Of a stretch of DNA of 64,000 nucleotides, positions 1-10,033 are shown piece after piece. The DNA lies in assembly GCA_003246895.1 (NCBI GenBank), contig QKCL01000015.1, positions 20,795 through 84,794 on the forward strand. The letters run 5' to 3'. This DNA comes from Spirochaetota bacterium (GTDB lineage: Bacteria; Spirochaetota; UBA4802; UBA5550). The notes under the pieces are model-generated. The model made no database searches. It worked only from the letters and a program-made list of their open reading frames with translations, and was not told the origin of the DNA. The translations under genes were made by a program, and so were the position numbers. The first letter of the stretch is position 1. Every line of letters starts with the position of its first letter.

Positions 1-1093
1 TTATATGAAAAATACCTCCAACCATGGCCATTTTACCGAATGCCTTGAATGCAGCACCTCCGTCACCTTTCGCAAAGACCGCGATTCCCACTCCCACACC
101 AAGAAGCATATATCCGGTCTGTGATACCGCATGAAATGCCATGAGCCTTCTCACATCGTGCTGAATCAGGGCCATGGTTACACCGATGAACATTGAAAGA
201 ACACCAAGAACTATGACTATCCATCCAAGTGTCTCATAATTGATCTTACCTGCTCCTGATGAGGATGGACCGAAAAGAGAAAACGTGAACCGGAACATGG
301 CGCAGAGTGTAACCATTCCCGAAGCCTTGAGCATGGCCGATATGGAAGCCGGAGCCTCGGCGTATGTATCAGGAACCCACATGTGCATTGGAACCGAACC
401 GGCTTTCATGGCCATTGCCACTATAATGAAAAGCATTGCCACCTTGTCCAGATATGAATGTGCAAGCACTGAATTTATATACTGAATATTGAATGAACCA
501 TACTGGGCATAACAGATTCCTACACCAAATAGAAAAAATGTAGTGGCAATGGTACTGATAAGAATGTACTTGTACCCGGCATATGGAGCATGCTTCCTGT
601 ATGTCCTGTATGCGACAAGCGCGGCACCTGAAATTGATGATATTTCAAGAAAAACAAAAAAGTTGAAAAGGTCATTTGTAAAACTCATTCCCATGAGACC
701 GGCAGTAAACAGAAGAAACAATGTGCTGAAGTAGGACTTCCTTTTGTCCTCCTTTACTGTTCCGGTTGAAAAAAGAAATGTAGTAAGAGTTACAACACCC
801 ACAATTATGCCTGTGAAAAGTGAAAATGAGTCTATTTTTAAAACAATACGCACTGGAAAACTGATTCCCGGCTGCGTAAACTGTGACGGATCTGAAGCAC
901 CCATTGTATAGTAAATAGTCTTTCCCTGTAAAGCAACATCAGGAACAAGCATAAAGAGAAGTCCGTTCAAAACCAGCAATATGGTTATGATCACGAGATT
1001 TCTAAGCTTGAATCCGGCAAAACCGGTAACCGGCTGCAGGAAAGCGGCAATGAGCGGCAAGGTTATTATTAACACTGGTATATGGTTAGTCAT
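1..1093 (-). CDS. mrpD: Partial Mrp/Mbh antiporter-like subunit (MrpD/NuoL-M-N family); the gene runs off the window edge, so the C-terminus is missing
   Basis: The minus-strand frame is open from ATG (revcomp of 1091-1093) past position 1. It encodes a polytopic membrane protein and lies last in a mrpEFGBBCD-ordered operon. The start overlaps the mrpC stop. Confidence 0.55.
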   Translation of the reverse strand, partial: MTNHIPVLIITLPLIAAFLQPVTGFAGFKLRNLVIITILLVLNGLLFMLVPDVALQGKTIYYTMGASDPSQFTQPGISFPVRIVLKIDSFSLFTGIIVGVVTLTTFLFSTGTVKEDKRKSYFSTLFLLFTAGLMGMSFTNDLFNFFVFLEISSISGAALVAYRTYRKHAPYAGYKYILISTIATTFFLFGVGICYAQYGSFNIQYINSVLAHSYLDKVAMLFIIVAMAMKAGSVPMHMWVPDTYAEAPASISAMLKASGMVTLCAMFRFTFSLFGPSSSGAGKINYETLGWIVIVLGVLSMFIGVTMALIQHDVRRLMAFHAVSQTGYMLLGVGVGIAVFAKGDGGAAFKAFGKMAMVGGIFHI

Positions 1094-1445
1094 GATCTTC
1101 AACACCCTTTAACTTTCTGATATCAAGTGTTCCATTGTTTTTATATGTAATAACTGCAAGCACGAGCATCAGTGCAGTTGTGGCAAATCCGATTACAATG
1201 TTTGTAAGTATGAGAGCCTGCGGAGAAGGCAGAACCATTCGCAGTTCCTGAAGTGCAGGCGCCAGAGTGAATATGGGAGCAGTGCTGTCGGGCCTGTATG
1301 CCAGAGTAATAAAAAACAGATTAACAGAACTCTCTGCAATATTAAGCGCAATAACAAGTTTGATCAGGTTTCTCTTGTAGATTACCGAAGTTATACTCAG
1401 AATCAGCAATGAAACCACTGTGACATATAGAAATATACTTAACAC
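1086..1445 (-). CDS. mrpC: Na+/H+ antiporter subunit C (MnhC/MrpC, NuoK-like)
   Basis: A 119-aa protein with three TM segments; its position in the operon fits MrpC. Confidence 0.6.
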   Translation of the reverse strand: MLSIFLYVTVVSLLILSITSVIYKRNLIKLVIALNIAESSVNLFFITLAYRPDSTAPIFTLAPALQELRMVLPSPQALILTNIVIGFATTALMLVLAVITYKNNGTLDIRKLKGVEDHD

Positions 1446-2284
1446 TTATGCCCCCCCTTTTGAGAACCCCTTGCATTGAGTGCCCTGCTAAGCAGGACCA
1501 GTATTATGCTGATACCGCAGAAAACCTCTATACCAACAGCAGTACTCAATATTGGAAGAATTCCGCCCGAATTCAGGAATCCGGGATTAGTTCCAAGAGG
1601 AATAACCTTCCCGAGAAATGATCCGTCATTATTTGCAAGAAAATTATGGAGAAATGAGATTCCCATGCCTGCAAAACCTGTTACTATGAATACAGTCAGC
1701 CCCAGTGATTCGAAGAATGAGAAGAGTTTGTAGGTTTTCTGCAGGTTTCTTACTACAAATGAGCTTATGACAAGAAGTGCAGTTCCGGTAGCCATAACAG
1801 CTCCTCCCTGAAAACCGCCGCCTGGAGAAAGATGACCGTGTATAACAAGATAGGCACCAAAAGCCATAATAATCGGCAGCATAAGAACCGTTCCTATGGA
1901 AACAATGCGTGTCATACCAGCCGGGAACCCGTCGCTGTCAGTAAGAACTGTTTCTTCAAGGTCTTTTCCCTTTATTATGCTGAACAGAAGCATTGATATG
2001 CTTGTCACAACCAGAAAAAGCACCGCAGCCTCACCCAAGGTGTCAAATCCCCTGTAGTCGAAAACAACACTGGTAACTATATTGTTTGATCCGGTCTCCA
2101 TCTGGCCGTTTCTGAGGTAATAATCATCCATTGTACTGATATTTGCAGTATCTGTTTTTTCACTGCTTCTCTGGGAAAACACATTGCTGTTCCCAGCCGG
2201 ATCACCGGGCAGATGAAGCTTTCCGATGCCTGTAAACATGAAACCGGCTATTATAAACATGGCAAGAAGACTTACAAGTTTCAT
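1439..2284 (-). CDS. mrpB: Na+/H+ antiporter subunit B (MnhB/MrpB)
   Basis: A 281-aa polytopic membrane protein with a GFDTLGEA-type MnhB region. It overlaps its neighbours by 4-7 nt, as expected for translational coupling. Confidence 0.55.
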   Translation of the reverse strand: MKLVSLLAMFIIAGFMFTGIGKLHLPGDPAGNSNVFSQRSSEKTDTANISTMDDYYLRNGQMETGSNNIVTSVVFDYRGFDTLGEAAVLFLVVTSISMLLFSIIKGKDLEETVLTDSDGFPAGMTRIVSIGTVLMLPIIMAFGAYLVIHGHLSPGGGFQGGAVMATGTALLVISSFVVRNLQKTYKLFSFFESLGLTVFIVTGFAGMGISFLHNFLANNDGSFLGKVIPLGTNPGFLNSGGILPILSTAVGIEVFCGISIILVLLSRALNARGSQKGGHKC

Positions 2285-2526
2285 TCCTCTCTCCTCCTTG
2301 TCATGCGGATAGCTATTACAAAAATACAGACCGTAAGAGCTGCACCGATTGATGCCTCGGCAATTGCCACGTCAGGTGCATCCAGCATAAAATAAATTAC
2401 AGTCATCACAAGGCCAAATACCGCATAACTAACCACTGCAGCCATAAGATCCCTGAAGAGAATGCTAAGTACAGCTGTTATGAGTATAACAGCACAGAGA
2501 ATTGACAAAACAACGGAAAATGTCAT
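2281..2526 (-). CDS. Small membrane subunit, MnhB N-terminal-domain-like (MbhD/E-like)
   Basis: An 81-aa protein with two TM segments, sitting between mrpG and mrpB as in Mbh-type modules. Confidence 0.4.
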   Translation of the reverse strand: MTFSVVLSILCAVILITAVLSILFRDLMAAVVSYAVFGLVMTVIYFMLDAPDVAIAEASIGAALTVCIFVIAIRMTRRREE

Positions 2527-2921
2527 TGCTCCTCCTTTAATACTTCATCACTTTTGTTCGTATCATTATCATTTACAGAAATATCATGTGAAGGTGAATT
2601 ATACTCATCCACCTCAGCCATTGCAGGTTTAATTCCTGCCAGCATGGCAGCCCTTGCAATTGCATGTGCACTGATGGGGTTTGTAAAAATAATCAGCATA
2701 ACTGCAATGAGAGCATGTATAATTATCATAAACTCACTGTCGTCTATTTCAGGCAGAAACCCCACAATAATACCCGATACCACAAGAAGGCTTCCCAGAG
2801 TTGTGGCCTTTGTTCCTGCATGAAGTCTTGTATATACATCGGGGAACCTCAATAGACCGATAACACTTATGACACAGACAAAAATTCCCAAGCCAAGCAG
2901 AATGTCAGACAGAATACTCAT
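2523..2921 (-). CDS. mrpG: Na+/H+ antiporter subunit G (MnhG/MrpG)
   Basis: It carries the LLRFPDVYTRLHAGTKATTLG motif typical of MnhG/PhaG. Confidence 0.65.
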   Translation of the reverse strand: MSILSDILLGLGIFVCVISVIGLLRFPDVYTRLHAGTKATTLGSLLVVSGIIVGFLPEIDDSEFMIIIHALIAVMLIIFTNPISAHAIARAAMLAGIKPAMAEVDEYNSPSHDISVNDNDTNKSDEVLKEEQ

Positions 2922-3184
2922 CTTCTTTCTCTCTCCTCCCTGATATATCTGGCAATGTACAGAGTCCCGACAAATGAAAGGATTCCATACACAATTCCAA
3001 TGTCTATATAAAGCGGTTTTCTGTAATGGGCCCCGAGAACAATCATTGCAATGATAACAAGCGTATTGATCACATCAAGAGCTACAACCCTCTCGGGAAT
3101 ATTTTTTCCTGCAAAGACCCTTATAACTGCGATGAGAATCAGTGCAGACAGCGCCACCGCGGCATAACCAAGGTACAGATTCAT
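2918..3184 (-). CDS. mrpF: Na+/H+ antiporter subunit F (MnhF/MrpF)
   Basis: An 88-aa protein with a RVFAGKNIPERVVALDVI-type MnhF motif. Confidence 0.6.
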   Translation of the reverse strand: MNLYLGYAAVALSALILIAVIRVFAGKNIPERVVALDVINTLVIIAMIVLGAHYRKPLYIDIGIVYGILSFVGTLYIARYIREERERR

Positions 3185-3202
3185 ACTCTTCTCCTGCCTA
3201 TT

Positions 3203-3733
3203 CTAAAATATTTTTCTTAACCAGTAGTATATAAATGGAGCAACCTCTTTAGGGGCAAATCCCTTTCCTGTACTTTTCTGCCATGAAAGACAGTGAACAT
3301 ATATGGAATGAGAATCATTACTTTCATCAAGTTCAATGGACAGGGTTCCCGGAGAAAGCGTAATGGAATTCGCCAGGAAAAAAGTTCCCAGAGATCCCTT
3401 AAAATCAGTGTCGAGTTTAACAATAGCTGGTTTGATCCGGCCCGTAATAACCCTGTAGGTCACCTCAATGTTGGCATAGACAAGCCCGATCAAAAACGGT
3501 ATAAGAAGATAAATTAAAAATGCAAACCATCTGAAAGGATTGGCAATCTGTGCAGTTACCGTAGACGGGACAAAACGCCATGATAGAAAGGCTATAAAAA
3601 GACTTACTGCCAGTGCTACAGCTATCTCTTCCAGAGACCATATCAGAATAAAACTCCCTGATCCTGCTGTAAGCAGGAGATATGAGCAGAAGGACAAAAT
3701 TGTATAAAAAACAAATGCCATATTAACCACCAT
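3203..3733 (-). CDS. mrpE: Na+/H+ antiporter subunit E (MnhE/MrpE)
   Basis: It has a SPGTLSIELDE-like MnhE signature and is the first gene of the operon on the minus strand. Confidence 0.55.
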   Translation of the reverse strand: MVVNMAFVFYTILSFCSYLLLTAGSGSFILIWSLEEIAVALAVSLFIAFLSWRFVPSTVTAQIANPFRWFAFLIYLLIPFLIGLVYANIEVTYRVITGRIKPAIVKLDTDFKGSLGTFFLANSITLSPGTLSIELDESNDSHSIYVHCLSWQKSTGKGFAPKEVAPFIYYWLRKIF

Positions 3734-4087
3734 TCAAGTTGATATTATTAACTATTTAAAATTTAAATAACTCACTTGCTAACTTTGAAAATCAACATGG
3801 ACGTTCTGTTCGCAATATAAAAATTTGAACTCACCTATTATTTAACCTGAACTAAACTTTCACATTGCATTTTTGCACTATATACAATTGTGTAATGAAC
3901 ACACGATACAAAAATGTGACAAATCCTCCATGCTGAGACAAAAATAAAAAAGGGCATTCTCCGGAATAGAGATTCAATGAGCTAATATCTTTACACATAA
4001 AAAATCAGGTTTACAAGAAAAAAAAACAGATTCTGAAAAAAATGTACATTTTTGATACTTTAAGCAACACAAGATCAAAATCCAGGG

Positions 4088-5443
4088 CTAAAATCTGTTC
4101 TTCCAGTAATCATTCTTAAATACCCTGAAGCATGCATCCACAACATCCGGGTCGAAACTAGTGCCCTTATAGAGATTTATTTCATTCAATGCCGCTTCAA
4201 GTCCAAGAGATGCCCTGTATGGCCTGTGAGAGGCCATGGCTTCAACAACGTCTGCAACTGAGAGTATTTTGCTTTCCAGAAGAATTTCGTTCCCCTTCAG
4301 TCCATATGGATAGCCGGTACCGTCAATCTTTTCGTGGTGCTGTACAACAATATCAGCAATGGGCCATGGAAAATCTATATTTTTGATAATATCCCTTCCC
4401 ATTCTGGGATGAGACTTTATGAGATTGAATTCATCGTCACTAATTTTACCGGGCTTGCTCAGTATCTCTGCTGGTATGGCAATTTTACCCAAATCATGTA
4501 TCTGACCGGCAAGACGTATTCCCTCGACAACCTCACGTGGAAGAGACATCTCCTCTGCGATTGCCACTGCAATATGTGCAACATTCTGCTGGTGACCAGC
4601 TGTATATGGGTCTCTTGTTTCTACTACAGTTGACATCGCCTCTATCGTCCCATAAAGAATTCTGGAAAGGGCATCAAGATTTTCCTTTATCCTGTTCTCG
4701 AATTCAACCTGCTGCGTTATATCCTTTATGACCAGCACTGCGCCGTTAACTCTCCCGCTGCTCTCCCTTATGGGTGTTGATGTAAAGTCAATTGGTATTT
4801 TTTTCCCGGTTCTGACTGTCAGGTAATTACTGAACTCAGAATAGACTATTCCCATTGGTATGGGAATTCCTCCATCACTTCTCGGATCACTTCCTATTTT
4901 GACAATCTCTCCGACCTTTCTATTCAGGATATTTCTCTTCTCTATTTCAAGAAGCCTCTCTGCAGCTTCATTTATATAACCTATAATTCCGTTTTCCTCA
5001 ATTACAAGCACTGCATCGAGAATGTTGTTGAGAACAGTTGAAACCCTTACTTCGTTATCCTTTATTTTTCTTTCCATTGAATGTCTCACAAGGGCCATTT
5101 CAATGGCTGCCCGAAGATCCTTCTTGTCAAAGGGCTTTATTATATATCCGTAGGCATTGCTTTCCTTTGCCCTGTTTATTGTTGAAATATCCGATGATGA
5201 CGTTATATACACAAATGGAATCTGATCCCTGTTTTCTATACGGTTTGCTGATTCAATACCATCAAGTTTACCTTCAAGATTTATATCCATAAGAACAATA
5301 TGCGGCTTATCCCTGTTAATTATTTCCACGGCCTCCTCACCGGTTGCCACCGCTGCTACAAGATTATAGCCCAGGCCAAGAATATATCTCTGAACAAGTG
5401 TTGATGTTATCCTGTCATCCTCCACGAGCAAAACTTTATACAT
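4088..5443 (-). CDS. Response regulator with REC, PAS and HD-GYP domains (c-di-GMP phosphodiesterase type)
   Basis: The N-terminal REC domain (LLVEDD...LMDINL) is followed by a PAS-like middle region. The HD-GYP motifs are HDLGKIAIP and HHEKIDGTGYPYGL. Confidence 0.75.
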   Translation of the reverse strand: MYKVLLVEDDRITSTLVQRYILGLGYNLVAAVATGEEAVEIINRDKPHIVLMDINLEGKLDGIESANRIENRDQIPFVYITSSSDISTINRAKESNAYGYIIKPFDKKDLRAAIEMALVRHSMERKIKDNEVRVSTVLNNILDAVLVIEENGIIGYINEAAERLLEIEKRNILNRKVGEIVKIGSDPRSDGGIPIPMGIVYSEFSNYLTVRTGKKIPIDFTSTPIRESSGRVNGAVLVIKDITQQVEFENRIKENLDALSRILYGTIEAMSTVVETRDPYTAGHQQNVAHIAVAIAEEMSLPREVVEGIRLAGQIHDLGKIAIPAEILSKPGKISDDEFNLIKSHPRMGRDIIKNIDFPWPIADIVVQHHEKIDGTGYPYGLKGNEILLESKILSVADVVEAMASHRPYRASLGLEAALNEINLYKGTSFDPDVVDACFRVFKNDYWKNRF

Positions 5444-5669
5444 TACATGCTTCCTTCATTCAAATTCATAGATTAGTGCCTTTTAGTAAGTTATAAATAT
5501 TTCTCCGCTGTTTCAAGTCCCGTAAAACCGGAAAAACAATAATTAGAATAAAAATTTCGGATAAATTTGCAAAGAAAATAAACTCCTAAAAAGAGTAGTA
5601 ATTCAAAAAAAGATAGACATATACAATCATGGGTTTTCAATGTTAATGTTCTGATTTGGAGGTTTATTA

Positions 5670-8600
5670 ATGTATAGTTTAGGAATAAATATCGGATCAT
5701 CCAGCATCAAGGTTGTGCTCATGGATGAGGAAAAAGTTCTCTGGAACAGGGTTGTAGCCCACGAGGGCGACTTTTTAAACACATTAAAGAACGTAATTTC
5801 CTATGATGAAATTCCTTCAGATACTAAGGTTCTTGTGACGGGGACAGAGGGACGCTATCTGGTTAACGCCAACAATGTAATAGAATCAATTTGTATTGAA
5901 GAGGCCATCAGGGATCTTAATCTTAATGTAAATGCCGCAGTTTCTCTCGGGGGAGAAAACTTTATTGTTTATACAACAGATGAGAACGGAAAAATAATTA
6001 CAAGTTTTTCAGGAAACAAATGTGCATCGGGCACAGGTGAGTTTTTCAAACAGCAGCTCGGACGTATGGATATGACGCTTGATGACATCGCCAATGTCAA
6101 AGAAACAGCAAGAGTTTACTCTCTGGCCGCAAGATGCTCTGTTTTCATGAAAAGTGACTGCACGCACAAGCTTAACAAGGGTGAGGCCACCAAGGATGAT
6201 ATAGTCCTTTCTCTGAGTGATGTAATGGCCACAAAGGTTGCGGACTTTCTGAAGCGTGCAAAAATACAAAGCGGAAGAGTACTTCTTTTCGGAGGAGTAA
6301 CAAACAACAGGTTCATTCTGAAATTCATAAAGGAAAAGCTGCCAGAGCTTGAAATAGTAGTTCCTGGAGAAGCCAATTTTATTGAGGCCTACGGTGCAGC
6401 ACTTATGGCTAAGACATCGGGATCTATGCTCCCTGAAGAGAAAAAACTCTTCAAAAAACACAGCATAGGTTTTGGAAGATATCCCAGTCTTCAATCTGCA
6501 CTTGGAAAGGTTAAATATATTGAACCTCAACGCGGAAAGATTAAACCGGGCGGAGAATACATTCTCGGTATTGATGGCGGTTCCACAACCACAAAGGTTG
6601 CACTCATTGACATTGAAACAGATGAAATTGTTGCAGATCACTATGGCCGTACACACGGAGACCCGGTACAGGCTCTGAAAAACTGCCTTATTGAGGTCAA
6701 AAAGCAGATCAGGGAACAGATCGGCGATGAAAAGATAAACATTACACTGGCATCTACAACAGGTTCCTCACGTGAAATTCTCGGTGTATTCATTGAGAGC
6801 CCTGCAATTTATAATGAAATAATAGCCCATGCCACAGGTACAACATTCTTCCAGGAGGATATTGATACAATTTTTGAAATAGGCGGACAGGACGCCAAGT
6901 ACGTCTACCTGAAGAACAAGGTACCAATTGACTATGCCATGAACGAGGCCTGTTCAGCAGGAACTGGTTCTTTCCTCGAGGAATCTGCAGCAGGAGACCT
7001 CAACATCAAGGATGTAAGGGAAATCGGAGATATAGCCCTGAAAGCGGAAGAGCCTCTAAAATTTGGGGAACACTGCTCTGCTTTCATTAACTCTGATATA
7101 AGAAAGGCCATCCAGTATGGAGCAACAAAAGAGGATATCACTGCAGGAATTATTTCATCTATTGTTTCAAACTACCTGAACCGTGTTGTGGGCAACAGAT
7201 CGGTAGGCCAGAGCATAGTACTGCAGGGAGGTGTTGCGAAGAACAAGGCTGTGCCTCTGGCATTTGCCATGCTCCTTGGCAAAAACATAACAGTACCTCC
7301 AAGCCCTGAACTTCTCGGATGCTTCGGAGTTGGAATCCTTGCTAAACAGAAATACCAGGACGGGCTTCTTGAAAAACAATCCTTTGATATAGACAAAATT
7401 CTCGACACAAACATTGTACACGAGCGGGAATTCTCCTGCAAGGCATGCGACAACATGTGCCCGATAAAAGTACTCAATGTCAACGGACATAAATACATGT
7501 TCGGCGGGAGATGCAACAAGTATGCAAATTCCAGAAACCGCAAGGAAGTTGATGAGAAACAGATATTCAACTATGTGGACAGAAGAGAAGAACTCATGTT
7601 CAGGGAAACGGCTCCTGCCGGAGATACATTTATCCAGAAAAAGGATTTTGTAGTCGGAATTCCAAAGGCATTTTCAGTATATACACTCTGGCCATTCTAT
7701 TCATGGTTTTTCCATACACTTGGAATAAAAACTGTACTCTCCACTGATATCAAGCAGGAGGGTATTGCAAAGGTAGAAAGTGCCTACTGTTTCCCTGCGG
7801 AAATTGCTCACGGTGCAGTACAGGATATAATAGACAAGGGAGTGGATTACATCTTCGTTCCGCATTTCAGGGATATGCCAAGCCATGTGAATGATGTACA
7901 CGCAAACTTCTGCCCGATCACACAGAGTCTGCCGTACTACATCAAAAAATCATTCACGGGATTTCCTGAGGAGAAAGTCCTTGCTCCAATTATCACATTC
8001 AAATACGGAAAGAACAAGGCTCTGGAAGATCTATACGCTCTTTCTTCACAGCTTGGAGTTACAAGATCTGAAATCAGGGAAGCATTCAATATAGCACATG
8101 CAAAACAGGAAGAGTTCTTCGCCACATACCACAAGGAAGGGGTAGAGGCCCTTGAACAGGCGCGAAAGGCTGACAGGCCAGTGATAGCAGTTCTGGGAAG
8201 GCCATACAACTCCTTCACAAAAGACGCAAACATGGGAATCCCCAGAAAATTTACAAGCCGGGGATACTCTGTAATTCCATTTGACATGCTCCCATATGAA
8301 GGAGCAGACATATACGACAACATGTACTGGTTCTACGGACAGCAGGACATGAAGGCGGCTTCGCTGCTCAAAAATGAGGAGAATGTTTACGTAACCTATA
8401 TTTCAAACTTCTCCTGCGCTCCAGACTCATTCATGCTCCATTACGTAAAATGGATCATGGGAACAAAACCATTCCTCATTCTGGAACTGGATTCACACTC
8501 TGCAGATGCAGGTGTTGATACAAGAATTGAGGCGTTCCTGGATATTATTGAAGGATACAGGCTGAAGTTCTCAGGAGCGGATGAAGAGAGATACGACAAC

Positions 8601-9980
8601 GGACTCAGGTTCATCAACAACGGCAAAGACCCTCTTCATGTACAGGACATTATAAACAACAGAAGAATTGATATTTTCGGAAACAAAAATGTGAAGCTTC
8701 TTCTCTCCAACATGGGAAGGCTTTCGGTTGAACTTCTCGCAGCCTCACTGAGAGGTATCGGAATAAATTCAGAAGCAATGCCTCTTCCCGATGTATACAC
8801 TCTCCAGGCAGCAAGAAGCTATATGTCAGGCAAGGAATGTCTTCCTTCACAGCTTGTTCTTGGAGCTGCTCTTCAGTACCTGAACTCGGACAAATACAGA
8901 AAGGATGAAACATACCTTTTATTTGTTCCTACAACAACCGGCCCGTGCCGTACAGGGCAGTACTACATATTCTATGAAAACCTTTTCAGAGACCTGAGAA
9001 TAGACAACGTTGTTGTAATCACACTGGACTCTGAAAATTCATACAACGAACTCGGCCAGACTTTCTCAAAAAGCGCCTGGTGGGGAGTCATCGCAGCGGA
9101 TTACATGAAGGATGTTGAAACAGCATTGAGAACATGTGCAGTTGATCCGTCAACGGCCATCGCCAAATACGATGAGCTATGGCAGGACCTAGTTGACATC
9201 GCAGAAGAGAATCCCAAAAAGATGATTCCGGCACTTAAAAAGATTGCTTCAGAAATTTCAAAGATTCCTCTTAAACAGGATGTGAAGGATACACCGAAGG
9301 TTCTGGTTGTAGGAGAGATCTATGTAAGACGGGATGACTTTGCAGTTGATGAACTGGTTCGTCTCATGAGCAAAAAAGGAATCATCGCAAAGGTTTCTGC
9401 AGTAAGTGAATGGATCTACTACACAGACCATGTCAGAAAACACGAACTCATGAAAAGGTATAATCTCCTGCCATGGTACAAAAAACCCTTCTCCAAAGAG
9501 ATGAGGGAGAGAATCGTATGGAAAATTGAAGCCATGTGGAAACACAGTGTGGATAAAAAAGTCAAGGACGCGCTTTCCGCGACAAGACTTATCCCGGGCG
9601 CCCCGCACAACATGACTGAGATCATGGAGAATGCAGAGAAACACTTTGTATCAATGGACCTTGATTCCGAGATTACAATCTCAAGCGGTGTCGCTTCAAC
9701 AGCAATGATGGAAGACTACTCAGGTGTAGTAAACATATCTCCTTTTGCATGCCTCATCGGCCGTGTAATTGAAGGGTTGATCACTCCATGGAGCAGGGAC
9801 AGAAATTATCCGGTCATGTCAGTTGAAATTGACGGAGCAGTTCTGCCTCCAAACATCATCAGCAAACTTGATATTTTCATGCTCAATGTACTTAGATTCA
9901 GGCAGAATCCGGAAAGCCTTAATCTGGTCGAGGAGAATGAGAAATCAGACGATTCAATGTGCAGAAAAATAGTTAAATAG
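5670..9980 (+). CDS. Giant CoA-substrate-specific enzyme activase / 2-hydroxyacyl-CoA dehydratase-like fusion protein (two BadF/BcrA-type ATPase domains plus an HGD-D-like domain)
   Basis: The 1436-aa ORF has two acetate/sugar-kinase-fold ATPase repeats (GINIGSSSIKVV... and GIDGGSTTTKVAL...) with CASGTGEF and CSAGTGSF motifs. A Cys-rich CKACDNMCP segment follows. Confidence 0.65.
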   Translation: MYSLGINIGSSSIKVVLMDEEKVLWNRVVAHEGDFLNTLKNVISYDEIPSDTKVLVTGTEGRYLVNANNVIESICIEEAIRDLNLNVNAAVSLGGENFIVYTTDENGKIITSFSGNKCASGTGEFFKQQLGRMDMTLDDIANVKETARVYSLAARCSVFMKSDCTHKLNKGEATKDDIVLSLSDVMATKVADFLKRAKIQSGRVLLFGGVTNNRFILKFIKEKLPELEIVVPGEANFIEAYGAALMAKTSGSMLPEEKKLFKKHSIGFGRYPSLQSALGKVKYIEPQRGKIKPGGEYILGIDGGSTTTKVALIDIETDEIVADHYGRTHGDPVQALKNCLIEVKKQIREQIGDEKINITLASTTGSSREILGVFIESPAIYNEIIAHATGTTFFQEDIDTIFEIGGQDAKYVYLKNKVPIDYAMNEACSAGTGSFLEESAAGDLNIKDVREIGDIALKAEEPLKFGEHCSAFINSDIRKAIQYGATKEDITAGIISSIVSNYLNRVVGNRSVGQSIVLQGGVAKNKAVPLAFAMLLGKNITVPPSPELLGCFGVGILAKQKYQDGLLEKQSFDIDKILDTNIVHEREFSCKACDNMCPIKVLNVNGHKYMFGGRCNKYANSRNRKEVDEKQIFNYVDRREELMFRETAPAGDTFIQKKDFVVGIPKAFSVYTLWPFYSWFFHTLGIKTVLSTDIKQEGIAKVESAYCFPAEIAHGAVQDIIDKGVDYIFVPHFRDMPSHVNDVHANFCPITQSLPYYIKKSFTGFPEEKVLAPIITFKYGKNKALEDLYALSSQLGVTRSEIREAFNIAHAKQEEFFATYHKEGVEALEQARKADRPVIAVLGRPYNSFTKDANMGIPRKFTSRGYSVIPFDMLPYEGADIYDNMYWFYGQQDMKAASLLKNEENVYVTYISNFSCAPDSFMLHYVKWIMGTKPFLILELDSHSADAGVDTRIEAFLDIIEGYRLKFSGADEERYDNGLRFINNGKDPLHVQDIINNRRIDIFGNKNVKLLLSNMGRLSVELLAASLRGIGINSEAMPLPDVYTLQAARSYMSGKECLPSQLVLGAALQYLNSDKYRKDETYLLFVPTTTGPCRTGQYYIFYENLFRDLRIDNVVVITLDSENSYNELGQTFSKSAWWGVIAADYMKDVETALRTCAVDPSTAIAKYDELWQDLVDIAEENPKKMIPALKKIASEISKIPLKQDVKDTPKVLVVGEIYVRRDDFAVDELVRLMSKKGIIAKVSAVSEWIYYTDHVRKHELMKRYNLLPWYKKPFSKEMRERIVWKIEAMWKHSVDKKVKDALSATRLIPGAPHNMTEIMENAEKHFVSMDLDSEITISSGVASTAMMEDYSGVVNISPFACLIGRVIEGLITPWSRDRNYPVMSVEIDGAVLPPNIISKLDIFMLNVLRFRQNPESLNLVEENEKSDDSMCRKIVK

Positions 9981-10001
9981 ATAAAAGAAACATAATCTAA
10001 T

Positions 10002-10033
10002 AAAAAAGGGATACCAATGTATCCCTTTTTTAT
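10002..10033 (+). terminator. Rho-independent terminator after the activase gene
   Basis: The sequence is AAAAAGGGATAC-caatg-GTATCCCTTTTTTATT. Confidence 0.7.

Noticed and set aside
1-1093. Concluding that mrpA is absent, or that a hydrogenase module is present
   Set aside because: The window is clipped inside the last antiporter-like gene, so neither can be judged from this sequence. I report it as a question to check.
6009-6656. Antisense or embedded ORFs inside large genes, for example 6009-6656, 7172-7570, 21444-21854, 25119-25649, 31070-31427 and 53475-54300
   Set aside because: They lie entirely within well-supported longer genes on the opposite strand or in another frame. They have low-complexity, codon-mirror composition and no RBS. 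They are treated as spurious.
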